The notes beneath the pieces are model-generated. The model had not been told where the DNA came from, ran no database searches, and was given only the letters and a program-made list of their open reading frames with translations. A stretch of DNA of 64,000 nucleotides from positions 103,162 to 167,161 of the forward strand of contig JBJKQR010000062.1 in NCBI GenBank assembly GCA_046735395.1, given 5' to 3'. Origin of the DNA: Fidelibacterota bacterium. GTDB taxonomy: Bacteria > Fidelibacterota > Fidelibacteria > Fidelibacterales > DSDE01. This document shows, one piece after another, positions 51,227-60,088 of this stretch (position 1 is the stretch's first letter; the number at the start of each line of letters is the position of its first letter). A program made the position numbers and the translations under genes.

Positions 51227-51604
51227 TTAATTTCCCTTTCCTGCCCGGCCTCCCCAGAAGATCAGGATCGCCACGATGAGATTCGTGGAGGCGGGAACAA
51301 AGCCGCCGGGTCCGGCGCCGCTGAACACGGCAAGCAGATCCAGAACGGTAGCCAGGGTGAAGGCGATCAGATTCGCCGTGACAATGGCGGTGAGTGCGGA
51401 TGATGCCTCCGCATTCCGGGCCATCCAGTTCAGAACAGCCAGCGCGATAAAAAGCGCCGAATAGTGACGGATAAAGGCGACCATCCCGGCGGGCGCATCA
51501 GCGGGAATTACGCCGGCGCTCAGGGCAATGGGCGCCACGATATGGCCGATTCCGATCAATGCCATGTAAATGGCTGCGATACTCAGGGCAATTTTCAGTT
51601 TCAT
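51227..51604 (-). CDS. Hypothetical 4-TM membrane protein
   Basis: Hydrophobic ORF, RBS AAGGAG. Confidence 0.65.
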   Translation of the reverse strand: MKLKIALSIAAIYMALIGIGHIVAPIALSAGVIPADAPAGMVAFIRHYSALFIALAVLNWMARNAEASSALTAIVTANLIAFTLATVLDLLAVFSGAGPGGFVPASTNLIVAILIFWGGRAGKGN

Positions 51605-51727
51605 TATCACTCCTTCGTGAAGGTTCTGTCAGTGCATGAACAGGTTGTTGCGTGCTTAAAGTTTATTGAAATTTAAACTGTTTATCTTTTTATCGGAAAT
51701 GAAATATCGGCCCAGATGCCCGGCGTA

Positions 51728-52243
51728 TCACTTTGCAGACGTGCTGATTTTCTGTAATTCCTCTTTAAATACGTCAATCGGATATCTGTATTTGATGGCG
51801 CTCAAAATATTGCGGTTCAGTTGATGATTGAGTTCATCTAAATCAGTATTTATCAAGCCCTCACTGTCTTGAACCTGAATTTCTATCATGAGCCTCTGAT
51901 CATTCATGGACCCGAGCACGCTTCGGTTATTTGTTTTTTCATAACTTACTGTATTGAGACCAGCCAGAACACGTTCAATCTGCTGCGGCGGCAAACCCTC
52001 ATGCAGCAGGTTTTTAAATAGGTACTGGCCAAAAACCATGGGAAACGATTGAAAATCATCTTTTTTCAGTGCTGGGATAAACAGGGCATACAGACTCAGG
52101 TCGTGGGTGATGAGTACACATTTGCGCCGGTCCACGTAAAACATATTCGCATGCCAGCTCCCGAAGGAATCCGGGTTCGGTGTACCCTCCAGGGGCAGCA
52201 CCTTCAGCTCCTTCAGCAGTTTTTGTGTACAGTGAATAATCAT
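51728..52243 (-). CDS. DUF6933-like protein
   Basis: MIIHCTQKL...SWHAN...RRKC...KTNNRSVLGSMND motif. Confidence 0.7.
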   Translation of the reverse strand: MIIHCTQKLLKELKVLPLEGTPNPDSFGSWHANMFYVDRRKCVLITHDLSLYALFIPALKKDDFQSFPMVFGQYLFKNLLHEGLPPQQIERVLAGLNTVSYEKTNNRSVLGSMNDQRLMIEIQVQDSEGLINTDLDELNHQLNRNILSAIKYRYPIDVFKEELQKISTSAK

Positions 52244-52270
52244 TTCTTTTTATTTATTTTATATTTTTTT

Positions 52271-52957
52271 TTATTCCTTCAACCGAACAATTTCCTGTTC
52301 AATTATTTCAATCACATCTTCATTCGCAATTTTATCATTAATGCTATAAATAATGAATACCTTTCCGCCAAATTCAATTTCAAAATTTCTAAAACTACGT
52401 TCCATCCGGGCAGATACATCATAATTACCAAGATTCGCATTTGCTGTCACTGGCTTTATCTGTAATCCGAAGGCTTTATTATTAATTTTACCAAGATAAT
52501 CAATATCACCCGCATGATCTAATTCCGGATTACTTTCTTCAAATGATATTTCGGGAAAGCGCTTTGCCAGATTATCGTTAATAACTGATTTTTCGGTGAG
52601 AAATCCATCATATGTTCTATTGATAGTCAAATTATATACATAGTCAATACAATCTTCACACGTCAATGATGCAATGGCTTCTCTAAATTGCGGAATGACG
52701 ATCTCCGTTAATTTTACATATAGCCTTTCCCCTAATTCTATTAGAGTATCTTCTGAAATCCTTACAGGAGTTCTTGTTTTTGTAAAGGCATTTTCAAAAT
52801 ACCATTTTTTCCATTCACTGTATGACGTCGGCTGACATTCCCGGATCAGGGACATAACCTCACCTACTTTTGATGTTTTTGTCAAACCCCAACGTCTATT
52901 TGTATAGTTTAGTAGAAATTCTTTATTCCCGAAATCAATCGAATAATTCTCGGTCAT
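52271..52957 (-). CDS. MjaI-family type II restriction endonuclease
   Basis: VGEVMSLIREC, EWKKWY, LTINRTYDG, IDY...GLQIKP (PD-(D/E)xK variant); coupled to the MTase by an ATGA overlap. Confidence 0.8.
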   Translation of the reverse strand: MTENYSIDFGNKEFLLNYTNRRWGLTKTSKVGEVMSLIRECQPTSYSEWKKWYFENAFTKTRTPVRISEDTLIELGERLYVKLTEIVIPQFREAIASLTCEDCIDYVYNLTINRTYDGFLTEKSVINDNLAKRFPEISFEESNPELDHAGDIDYLGKINNKAFGLQIKPVTANANLGNYDVSARMERSFRNFEIEFGGKVFIIYSINDKIANEDVIEIIEQEIVRLKE

Positions 52958-54258
52958 ATGTTTGCCCGCAATATTTTAAATTTTTCTTTATTTCTATAAT
53001 CTATGCTTATATCTACATTTGCTAAACCGTTTTTCAGAAGATGAGCATTAATAAATGTCTTATTTTTTAAATACATATAAACTAATAAATTATTTTTGTC
53101 GTCATACTTAATTTCATCAAATTTTAAAAATACTTTTTGTCCTTTTGTCTTCAGTTTCAAATATTCAATTGCTTTCCCATTAATTTTCTGATCCTCTTTA
53201 ACACCGATTAAACGAACTGTTAAATCATTGTTAAGCAAAATAAGCTCCGGGCTAATAATTTCTTTAACTGAATAATATTCTTCTCTATTTGTTGAACTAT
53301 TCTGGTCAATTTTTGATCCAAACTGCAGTTTTTTAGGATCTGTTTTTTTATCAAATGAATGAAAATCAATAAATACATAGGGCAAGTTCTTTATATCTTC
53401 CTCATAATTAGTTTTAGCCATAACCTGAGTTAAATATTCATAATCAGATTTATCAAATACATTTCGTTGATGATGTTGTATCTTATTTTTAATAATAGGA
53501 ATAAACTCGGGATTCATTTCATACCCGATTGAATTTCGATCTAAATTTTTTGCTGCCAGAGAAGTAGTTCCACTACCCAAGAAGGGGTCAAGTACGATAT
53601 CACCAACATAAGAAAACATTTTAATTAATCTCCTTGGTAATTCTTCAGGAAACATTGCAATATGGCCATCCTGTTTTGCACCTCCGAAATTCCAATGACC
53701 ATCAAAATATGTTTTCCACTCCTCCTTGGTCATTTTTGATGATTCTTTTACAATTTTAGAAACTTTTTTGGTCACACCCAATTTTTTAAATAATAAAATA
53801 AACTCGTAATCAATAGATAAAATACCATTCTTGGGAAAGGGGTAACTTCCCATAAGAGATGCACCGCCTGTTGTATTTGAGGTGGTCTTTTTCTGCCAAA
53901 TAATTGCCCCCATATAATCAAAACCGATGGCTTCACAAAATTTTATTATTTCTGTTCTTATAGGAATTACTTTGTAACGGCCATAATAAACTGCTCTCGC
54001 AAATTGATCGCCTATATTAATGCACAGGCGGCTCCCATTATTAAGCACCCGATAACTTTCTTTCCAGACGAGGTTCAAATGGTTAATATATTCCTCATAG
54101 CTGTCACCGTACCCAATCTGGTTTTTAACTCCATAATCTTTTAATTGCCAATATGGTGGAGATGTAACAATTAAATCGATAGAACTATCAGGCAATTCAG
54201 CCATATTCCGGCTATCTCCACATATTATTTTATGCTTCGTATTATTCAATTTTTCCAT
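52954..54258 (-). CDS. Beta-class amino (likely N4-cytosine) DNA methyltransferase with C-terminal thermonuclease-like domain
   Basis: TSPPY precedes DPFLGSGTT; HIAMFPEEL; C-terminal VRLIGV...LLVYMYL...INAHLLKNGLA. Confidence 0.88.
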   Translation of the reverse strand: MEKLNNTKHKIICGDSRNMAELPDSSIDLIVTSPPYWQLKDYGVKNQIGYGDSYEEYINHLNLVWKESYRVLNNGSRLCINIGDQFARAVYYGRYKVIPIRTEIIKFCEAIGFDYMGAIIWQKKTTSNTTGGASLMGSYPFPKNGILSIDYEFILLFKKLGVTKKVSKIVKESSKMTKEEWKTYFDGHWNFGGAKQDGHIAMFPEELPRRLIKMFSYVGDIVLDPFLGSGTTSLAAKNLDRNSIGYEMNPEFIPIIKNKIQHHQRNVFDKSDYEYLTQVMAKTNYEEDIKNLPYVFIDFHSFDKKTDPKKLQFGSKIDQNSSTNREEYYSVKEIISPELILLNNDLTVRLIGVKEDQKINGKAIEYLKLKTKGQKVFLKFDEIKYDDKNNLLVYMYLKNKTFINAHLLKNGLANVDISIDYRNKEKFKILRANI

Positions 54259-54382
54259 AATCTAATTTAAAAAACTATCAAGTATTCTTTCACCGTAATT
54301 ATGAATATTCATCGATTATTTGGTATTCTAAAACCAAATCCGCACGATAAAAGCAGATTCTACCATCCAACAAGCTCCACCC

Positions 54383-55126
54383 TTATTCCCTTTTCCCGAA
54401 ATAGGAAGCCGGCGGAAGGCCTGTATCCTGAACCGCCTTCGGCAGATCGCCGTAGAACTGATCCATCAGGCCGGTGGGCACGTAGCGTCCGTCCAGCAGC
54501 GCCCGGATCCGGGCGACCCGGTCCCGGTTCCACTCCGGATGGGTCAGCAGATGAAAGGTCCCGGGCATGACCAGCATGGCGATCAGCGAGATGTATTCAT
54601 CTTCCGAAAGTGCTGAGACCGGCTTGTGATAATAGGCGTCGGATGCGTCTGCAAGCCCCGTTACGGGGTTGTCCCCGACCCGTCCGAAATAGGCCATATT
54701 CAGAAACAGGGTCAGCTGCGCCGCCTTGGGCAGCAGAGGATCCGCGGCAAAGCGCGCGATGACGGACTGTTTCAGTTTCGCAAACCCGGGTGTAAATTTG
54801 TCAAAATACAGTTTTTTTACAATAGCCTGGGTGATGGTCGTCAGTCCGGCGCCCGGCGTCCTCAGGTCAATGCCGTGATGCCCATAAAAACCCGGATCCT
54901 GCACCCGTATCAGAATCTCTCTCTGCCGCTCAGTCAGGTCCCTGCTGTCGATCTTCATCGTCTCAGCTTCAGCATTCAGCGGCCGCCACTGATGCTGTTT
55001 CAGGTCCGTCAGGACCACCTGCCGGGTGTAGCGTCGTGCCTCAAGGGTTACCCACGAAAAATACAGGACCAGACAGGCCAGCAGACTTAAAATTGCTATT
55101 CCGCCGTATTTGACTGCTTTTCGCAT
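54383..55126 (-). CDS. Stand-alone peptidoglycan transglycosylase (GT51)-like protein
   Basis: N-terminal TM; QDPGFYGHHGID, GLTTITQ, LTLFLN.AYFG. Confidence 0.8.
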   Translation of the reverse strand: MRKAVKYGGIAILSLLACLVLYFSWVTLEARRYTRQVVLTDLKQHQWRPLNAEAETMKIDSRDLTERQREILIRVQDPGFYGHHGIDLRTPGAGLTTITQAIVKKLYFDKFTPGFAKLKQSVIARFAADPLLPKAAQLTLFLNMAYFGRVGDNPVTGLADASDAYYHKPVSALSEDEYISLIAMLVMPGTFHLLTHPEWNRDRVARIRALLDGRYVPTGLMDQFYGDLPKAVQDTGLPPASYFGKRE

Positions 55127-55157
55127 TTTTGCCTCCCGTTGAGACGGAGTCCAGCAT

Positions 55158-55535
55158 TCAGTCCTTTGAGGAAATCCTGATCACATGCCCGTCCGGATCC
55201 TTTACTAAGAATGTCTTCCCGAAGACATCTTCGTAAAGATCTTTTTCGATGTGGATAGTTTTGATATCTTTCCATTCATAATAGAGCTCCGCCACCTCTT
55301 CATCAGAGTCGAGATTGATCCCTATTTCCGAAAATCGGGCTGCATTTTTATCCGGCTTCCCCCCTCCGGACCAGATAGCAAAATCTGCCTCCCCATCAAT
55401 TTTAAATACGACATAACGGGGCGAAATGAAAAAGGGCTCCATATCAAAAAGCATCGTATAGTATTCCGTGGATGCAGGAATATTCGAAACATAAATCAAC
55501 TGCAGATTGGGTTTTCTGATTTTCAGCATAAACAT
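55158..55535 (-). CDS. VOC/glyoxalase-family protein
   Basis: LIYVSN...STEYY...FGKTFLVKDPDGHVIR. Confidence 0.85.
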   Translation of the reverse strand: MFMLKIRKPNLQLIYVSNIPASTEYYTMLFDMEPFFISPRYVVFKIDGEADFAIWSGGGKPDKNAARFSEIGINLDSDEEVAELYYEWKDIKTIHIEKDLYEDVFGKTFLVKDPDGHVIRISSKD

Positions 55536-55544
55536 CTCCCTTAT

Positions 55545-55766
55545 TCAGGATCGGACAAGGTAGCGTCTTTCCGAGAAATAGTCAAGCCGCACCCTTTCAT
55601 TAAAGCCGTTTTCCCCTTTCAATCCGGGAATACGCTGAAATTCCGACAAAGTATGAGTACATAGGATAAGATTGCGGGTTAAGGCCCCTGCGGCGATCTG
55701 CATGGCATCATATGATGCCATCAGCCGGATGTGTTTTACGATGTTTCGCAGCACAATTCTGCTCAC
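55545..55766 (-). pseudogene. VapC/PIN toxin C-terminal remnant
   Basis: YDAMQIAAGALTRNLILCTH..SEFQRIPGLK.EN resembles the PIN C-terminus; N-terminal PIN motif missing. Confidence 0.6.
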
Positions 55767-55788
55767 AAAACCAGGCCCTCAGCAAAAA

Positions 55789-55995
55789 TTACTTCGACGT
55801 ATTCCACGAAATCCCGACACTGAAGCTTTCCCTCGTCGGAATTCCGGACGGAAGCGGGAAGGGCAGCTGCGCATAGGTCAATTGATATTCCATATTGAAG
55901 TTATAGCTGGAATTGAGGCGGATCTGCGTTCCGATGGCCGCCGGAATCACAACCTGGCCTTTTGTTGACATACTTGTTATTTCGACATGACTCAT
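55789..55995 (-). pseudogene. AbrB/MazE-type antitoxin N-terminal remnant
   Basis: MSHVEITSMSTKGQVVIPAAI, then similarity is lost. Confidence 0.55.
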
Positions 55996-56130
55996 AATCG
56001 GTCGCCCCTTTTTGATAAAGCAGGGTATTCTTACTTATAGCGCAAGAAATCTATTAGTGTGCGGTGAACGGGGAAGCAGAATGCCTTTCCATAGAACTTC
56101 AGCGGCGGAAATAATTGGATTGAATTGCCA

Positions 56131-57225
56131 TCAGCTGATCAACTCATCATATTTTGTAAAATGCTGTTTCAGACGATCAATAGTCGTACGCCATTTCTGT
56201 TTTGTCGGTTTGCATATGGTATTTTGATTTCCGAACATTCCGATTTCTTGTAATGCATTCTCTATTGGTCTCGTTTCCAGCCACTGAACCGAAACAAAAT
56301 ACTCACAACGTTCTTCGTCATTCACAAACTCCCGATGATAGGACCCCAGTTTTAAAAGATTAAGCGCCGGCATTTCTCCATCTTCAGTTTTAATCTTGAA
56401 ATCTGCTGCTGAACAGGCAGGCTGTAGAACACGACAAACACCAACAAAACCTTTTCCAGGTACTTTTACCCATACCCGATCTCCTGGTTCAAGATATTGA
56501 AGAGTACGGCTGTACCAGGCTCCGCCGCCTCCGCAAATAAATCCATATTCAACAGCTTCTTGCCAGGATCTTGCCGTACTGTCCACAAATGAACAATAAA
56601 ACTCCCCATTCCAGGGTTCAGAGTCTCGTTTTTTTGAATGTGTCGCTGCAGATTGTGTTTCTACAGGATCCAATAGCCAGGTTCTGCTAAGAATTTGAGT
56701 AGGTTCGCTGGAGAACACCTGAAAAAATAATACATTAATCGCAATATCACGGTCATTCAAATATTTTACGATACGTTCTGTGCTGGAGTCCAGCTCTGCT
56801 GCGACAATAATAATTTGATGTGATTGATTAAACTGATCTTCATCGAGATTTTGACCAAATTTCGATGAAAAATCAGTTACGAGGTCCCCGCCGGATGAAA
56901 ATCGTCTATACATGGTTGCAAGTTCTTCGGGGTGCAGCCCCTCTACCCATGAAGCATAATCAATAGCTTGAGCAACCACGTCTCTCGGTGTTTTGTTGCG
57001 TTTCAGCTCTATCAATATAAGTGAGCCATCCGGCGCAATAGCCAACAAATCAATTATACCGCCTTGCCCAGTGTGTTCCTGACGTCCGATTATCATCCAT
57101 TCATCTGAAAGCAGACGCGGTTCCCCGACAATCATCTCTTCCAGTTGCTGCTCGGAAACGAGGTGAGATTCTCCAATAATTTGAGGCATTTCACCGACAG
57201 TCCAAAGCTTTGTCTTGACTGGCAT
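56131..57225 (-). CDS. NucS/DUF91-like PD-(D/E)xK nuclease with additional C-terminal domain
   Basis: SEQQLE, IGRQE, IDLLAI.PDGSLILIELKR, QAIDYASW. Confidence 0.8.
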   Translation of the reverse strand: MPVKTKLWTVGEMPQIIGESHLVSEQQLEEMIVGEPRLLSDEWMIIGRQEHTGQGGIIDLLAIAPDGSLILIELKRNKTPRDVVAQAIDYASWVEGLHPEELATMYRRFSSGGDLVTDFSSKFGQNLDEDQFNQSHQIIIVAAELDSSTERIVKYLNDRDIAINVLFFQVFSSEPTQILSRTWLLDPVETQSAATHSKKRDSEPWNGEFYCSFVDSTARSWQEAVEYGFICGGGGAWYSRTLQYLEPGDRVWVKVPGKGFVGVCRVLQPACSAADFKIKTEDGEMPALNLLKLGSYHREFVNDEERCEYFVSVQWLETRPIENALQEIGMFGNQNTICKPTKQKWRTTIDRLKQHFTKYDELIS

Positions 57226-57308
57226 TATATTTATTCCCCTTGACGTTTAACGGTTGTGCCCACCCACCGGCCAGAACAGAATCAGATGCAGCGAATTGCT
57301 AAATGCTA

Positions 57309-58259
57309 TCAGCTTCTTTTTCTTTTTCTATTCATTCTATAACGGTCAATGGATTCTCTGGTCGTAAGCCAATTCCGGCCTTCTTTATGGCCTTCTAATT
57401 TCCCTTGTCTTATCAGCAGATTCAAATATTTTGGAGAATAACTTGTGCCTTCCGCGGCTTCGGACAGCAGCACAAACTCCTCCCTTTTTTCGGTTACCGG
57501 AGTCAGGGCCTTTAAATATATTTCCAAAGAACGCATTACAGCTACTGCAATAAATGCAACAAGCCCCTTCAAATTGCCTTTATCCGCCTGGTCAAGCGCA
57601 TTATAATATTTCTTCCTGTCGTTTTTAAGAATAATAACCAGGGGATACCCGGATTGCATTAATATGACATTCATCATTAATCGGGCTGTCCGGCCATTTC
57701 CATCAAAAAATGGATGGATATGTACAAGCCTGTGATGAAAGAGTGCCGCAAGTTCTATCGGATGCGTTTTCCCCGTCTCTTTTGCTAACCATTTCACTAA
57801 TTCATTCATTTGCTTCGATATAGCCAACGCGTCAGGGGGAACATGACCGGCACCGGCAATATAAACATTACTGTTCCTGTATTTTCCGGCCCATTCCTTA
57901 TCTGTATCATGAGCCACCAACTGATGCATGTCCCGTATTAATTTTTCTGATATAGTATGGATTGTGGCATCAGATACAAGTTCATGGAGATAATCAAGTG
58001 CTTCTTTCTGATTTTTTGCTTCAAGATGGTCTTTAAACGGTTTGCCTTTAACTGTTAAACCTTCATTTATCACGAATCCGGTTTCTCTTAAAGTTAAACT
58101 GTTGCCTTCTAACGCATTTGAATTGTAAATCATTTCAAGATTGAATTGTTCTCGTATTTTCTCCACTGCAACGACAGGCAAGGGTCGTAAATCATTCAGC
58201 ATTTTCTTTTTAGTTGCTAAATTCTTTAATAATACGTCTTCAATATAGGTTGATTTCAT
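57309..58259 (-). CDS. Fic-family AMPylase with C-terminal HTH
   Basis: HPFFDGNGRTAR; inhibitory SNALEG motif; C-terminal LSEAA...YLNLLIRQGKL...GRNW. Confidence 0.92.
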   Translation of the reverse strand: MKSTYIEDVLLKNLATKKKMLNDLRPLPVVAVEKIREQFNLEMIYNSNALEGNSLTLRETGFVINEGLTVKGKPFKDHLEAKNQKEALDYLHELVSDATIHTISEKLIRDMHQLVAHDTDKEWAGKYRNSNVYIAGAGHVPPDALAISKQMNELVKWLAKETGKTHPIELAALFHHRLVHIHPFFDGNGRTARLMMNVILMQSGYPLVIILKNDRKKYYNALDQADKGNLKGLVAFIAVAVMRSLEIYLKALTPVTEKREEFVLLSEAAEGTSYSPKYLNLLIRQGKLEGHKEGRNWLTTRESIDRYRMNRKRKRS

Positions 58260-58270
58260 TTCCTGCTCAA

Positions 58271-58334
58271 TAATATGGTATAATAGCAATTTTAGACATA
58301 TACCATATTAACTAAATCTGTATTCACAAGTCAA
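58271..58334 (-). promoter_or_regulatory. Putative promoter with 12-bp inverted-repeat operator upstream of fic
   Basis: TAATATGGTATA-N16-TATACCATATTA (58271-58310); minus-strand TTGACT-N18-TAATAT overlapping one arm. Confidence 0.6.
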
Positions 58335-58599
58335 GATATTTGATCTTATATCGTGCCTGAAAGAGGAATCATCGTTCAATTTTATATTTTTCCTGATTTC
58401 ATGCCTCTTGTTGATGATCAGAATCTGACGGCAAACGGAGATTCCGTTTTACCATCCTTAATTTTTCAAACGCCAGATTACATCACAGGTACCATTAAGG
58501 TGCGGGAACCATGACATGGCACTGTCCGAAACACGCATGATAGTCTTCGATTGCAGCGATTATCAAGTATTTATTTGACATTGTACTCATTGTTTTTTG

Positions 58600-58729
58600 G
58601 GCTATCGGTCTGCTTTACCCGCAGGTGGGCGGGACGAGATGAACCCGATATGACGGAAATTGTTCAAGCATAGAATCAGCTCCTTTTGGCGGGACGGATC
58701 CCTCCTGTCGGATGCACGCGTTGTCAGGC
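58600..58729 (-). mobile_element. attC-like site 4 (degenerate)
   Basis: Minus strand GCCTGAC aacgcgtgcatccgacagg...cctgcgggtaaagcagacc GATAGCC; imperfect inverted arms; 38 nt after the stop of the 58768-59175 gene. Confidence 0.65.
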
Positions 58730-58767
58730 TGTTTTGCCCATTTACGAATGGATCACTATCAAAAAAC

Positions 58768-59175
58768 CTAAAGTGCTGGTTTCAATATCAGCCCATAGAG
58801 AACACCTAATATGAGCATCTCACCCAGGCCTGCAAAAAGTGAATAGAGCAATGTTTCATTTGGTATTTTGAACATCATCCATTGAGTTGCAGTATACATG
58901 ACCACACGGAAAAACCACACAAGGAGCCCGAAGCTCAATCCTTTGACAAGCCCAGTTTCGCCTGGCAGGCTTTTGTAGAGGAGCAGAAACACACCAGCCA
59001 TTACAAATCCATAAACAACATCTGTCACAATGCCGGCCAGGGGATTGATAGAAGGTTTTGCAATTGGCTTGAAAACTTCGAACAACTTTTGGGCCAGGGG
59101 GTTGGCGTTTATAAAACCATCTAAAATGCCAAACAGGATACCGCTGGAGATGCTGACGATGATGTATCTAGTCAT
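58768..59175 (-). CDS. Hypothetical 4-TM membrane protein (cassette ORF)
   Basis: Hydrophobic ORF with RBS AGGAGG, flanked by attC-like sites. Confidence 0.75.
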   Translation of the reverse strand: MTRYIIVSISSGILFGILDGFINANPLAQKLFEVFKPIAKPSINPLAGIVTDVVYGFVMAGVFLLLYKSLPGETGLVKGLSFGLLVWFFRVVMYTATQWMMFKIPNETLLYSLFAGLGEMLILGVLYGLILKPAL

Positions 59176-59202
59176 AAAATGTTCCTCCTAACAATTCAAA
59201 CG

Positions 59203-59348
59203 GCCTGACGGTTCAGGCTTAGCTGCTTCCCTATCACCGATCAAAACAGCGATACAATCTTGTGTCCTTTCATTCACTATTCAAAATCCCCCTGAACCGT
59301 TGTGAGTCAGCCGGCTCTCCCGCAAGGCGGAACAAGCCTTTGTCAGGC
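59203..59348 (-). mobile_element. attC-like site 3 (GAC/GTC cores)
   Basis: Minus strand GCCTGAC aaaggcttg...ctaagcctgaacc GTCAGGC; mazF stop TGA lies inside R''. Confidence 0.7.
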
Positions 59349-59681
59349 GCCCAGAATTTCGTTCAATCCTTCTATGACTCGATCCAGTTCTTCTGGTAAT
59401 GCTGTTCCCAAGGATGGACCGATTCGCTTAATCGATAGCGTGCGAATCTGACTTATTTTCACCCAGGATTTTTTGTGTATTTCTTTTGAATCAAGTTGCA
59501 AAGTCAGTGGAAAACCAGCAGATGGTTTCCGACTTGTAAGAGCTACTGCGATAACTGTTCCAGAGCGTTGATTAAATACATTTTCACTTAGAATTAGGAC
59601 AGGTCGTCTGCCAGCCTGTTCGTGGCCAACAGTAGGTTGAAGATCTGCCCAGCGAATTTCACCTCTTAATATTCGGGCCAA
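59343..59681 (-). CDS. mazF: MazF/PemK-family toxin
   Basis: [33 protein letters not shown]. Confidence 0.92.
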   Translation of the reverse strand: MARILRGEIRWADLQPTVGHEQAGRRPVLILSENVFNQRSGTVIAVALTSRKPSAGFPLTLQLDSKEIHKKSWVKISQIRTLSIKRIGPSLGTALPEELDRVIEGLNEILGA

Positions 59682-59908
59682 TCTTCTAACTCCTCTCCCA
59701 TTCCTTCCTCAGCCATGGACTGTTCATAATCAGAGTCCAACTTTGCACACTCTAATGCTAAGCGCGACCGTTGTAGCTTTTTGAGTTTTTCTGCTACGGC
59801 AGATTGAATTGCCCTGCTTCGATTCGGATACTTTTTTTCGATAACCAGACGATCCAATTCTTCAACCAAGGCTGAATCAATTGTAATCGCAATTTTTGAA
59901 GCACTCAT
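59666..59908 (-). CDS. Ribbon-helix-helix (CopG-like) antitoxin
   Basis: KIAITID..LVEELD.LV....YPNRSRAI; overlaps the mazF start. Confidence 0.88.
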   Translation of the reverse strand: MSASKIAITIDSALVEELDRLVIEKKYPNRSRAIQSAVAEKLKKLQRSRLALECAKLDSDYEQSMAEEGMGEELEDWPEY

Positions 59909-59922
59909 AAATATCACCTCCA

Positions 59923-59956
59923 GTATGATTATATATCATACCTTCTGAAATTGCAA
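59923..59956 (-). promoter_or_regulatory. Sigma-70 promoter with palindromic operator of the RHH-mazF cassette
   Basis: Minus strand TTGCAA-N17-TATAAT; GTATGAT-N5-ATCATAC palindrome (59923-59941) over the -10. Confidence 0.75.
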
Positions 59957-59971
59957 CGATTATTTGGGTGC

Positions 59972-60088
59972 GCCTAACATACACTTAACCTGTAATTCCG
60001 GCCCGTAGAGATATTGCCACAAAGGCGCGTCGCGACGACTGCAATTTTCATGACAAAAGGAATTGTCCGGTTGAAGCAGTTGTTAGAA
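59972..60088 (-). mobile_element. attC site 2
   Basis: Minus strand TTCTAAC-AACTG-CTTCAACC...GGTTAAG-TGTAT-GTTAGGC: canonical R''-L''-L'-R' with an extra base in L''; vapC stop TAA inside R''. Confidence 0.88.

Noticed and set aside
52271..54258. Assigning CTAG specificity because CTAG looks rare in the window
   Set aside because: Not counted rigorously; CTAG scarcity is common in bacteria and family membership does not fix the recognition site.
58423..58453. ATCTGAC followed by an AAACGGA/TCCGTTT hairpin as another GTC-type attC
   Set aside because: No matching R''/L'' partner arm found; could be a remnant but cannot be supported.
59186..59192. GTTAGGA (minus strand) as the true R' of attC site 3
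   Set aside because: It is too far from the L' arm and overlaps the AGGAGG RBS; GTCAGGC fits the spacing and pairs fully with R''.
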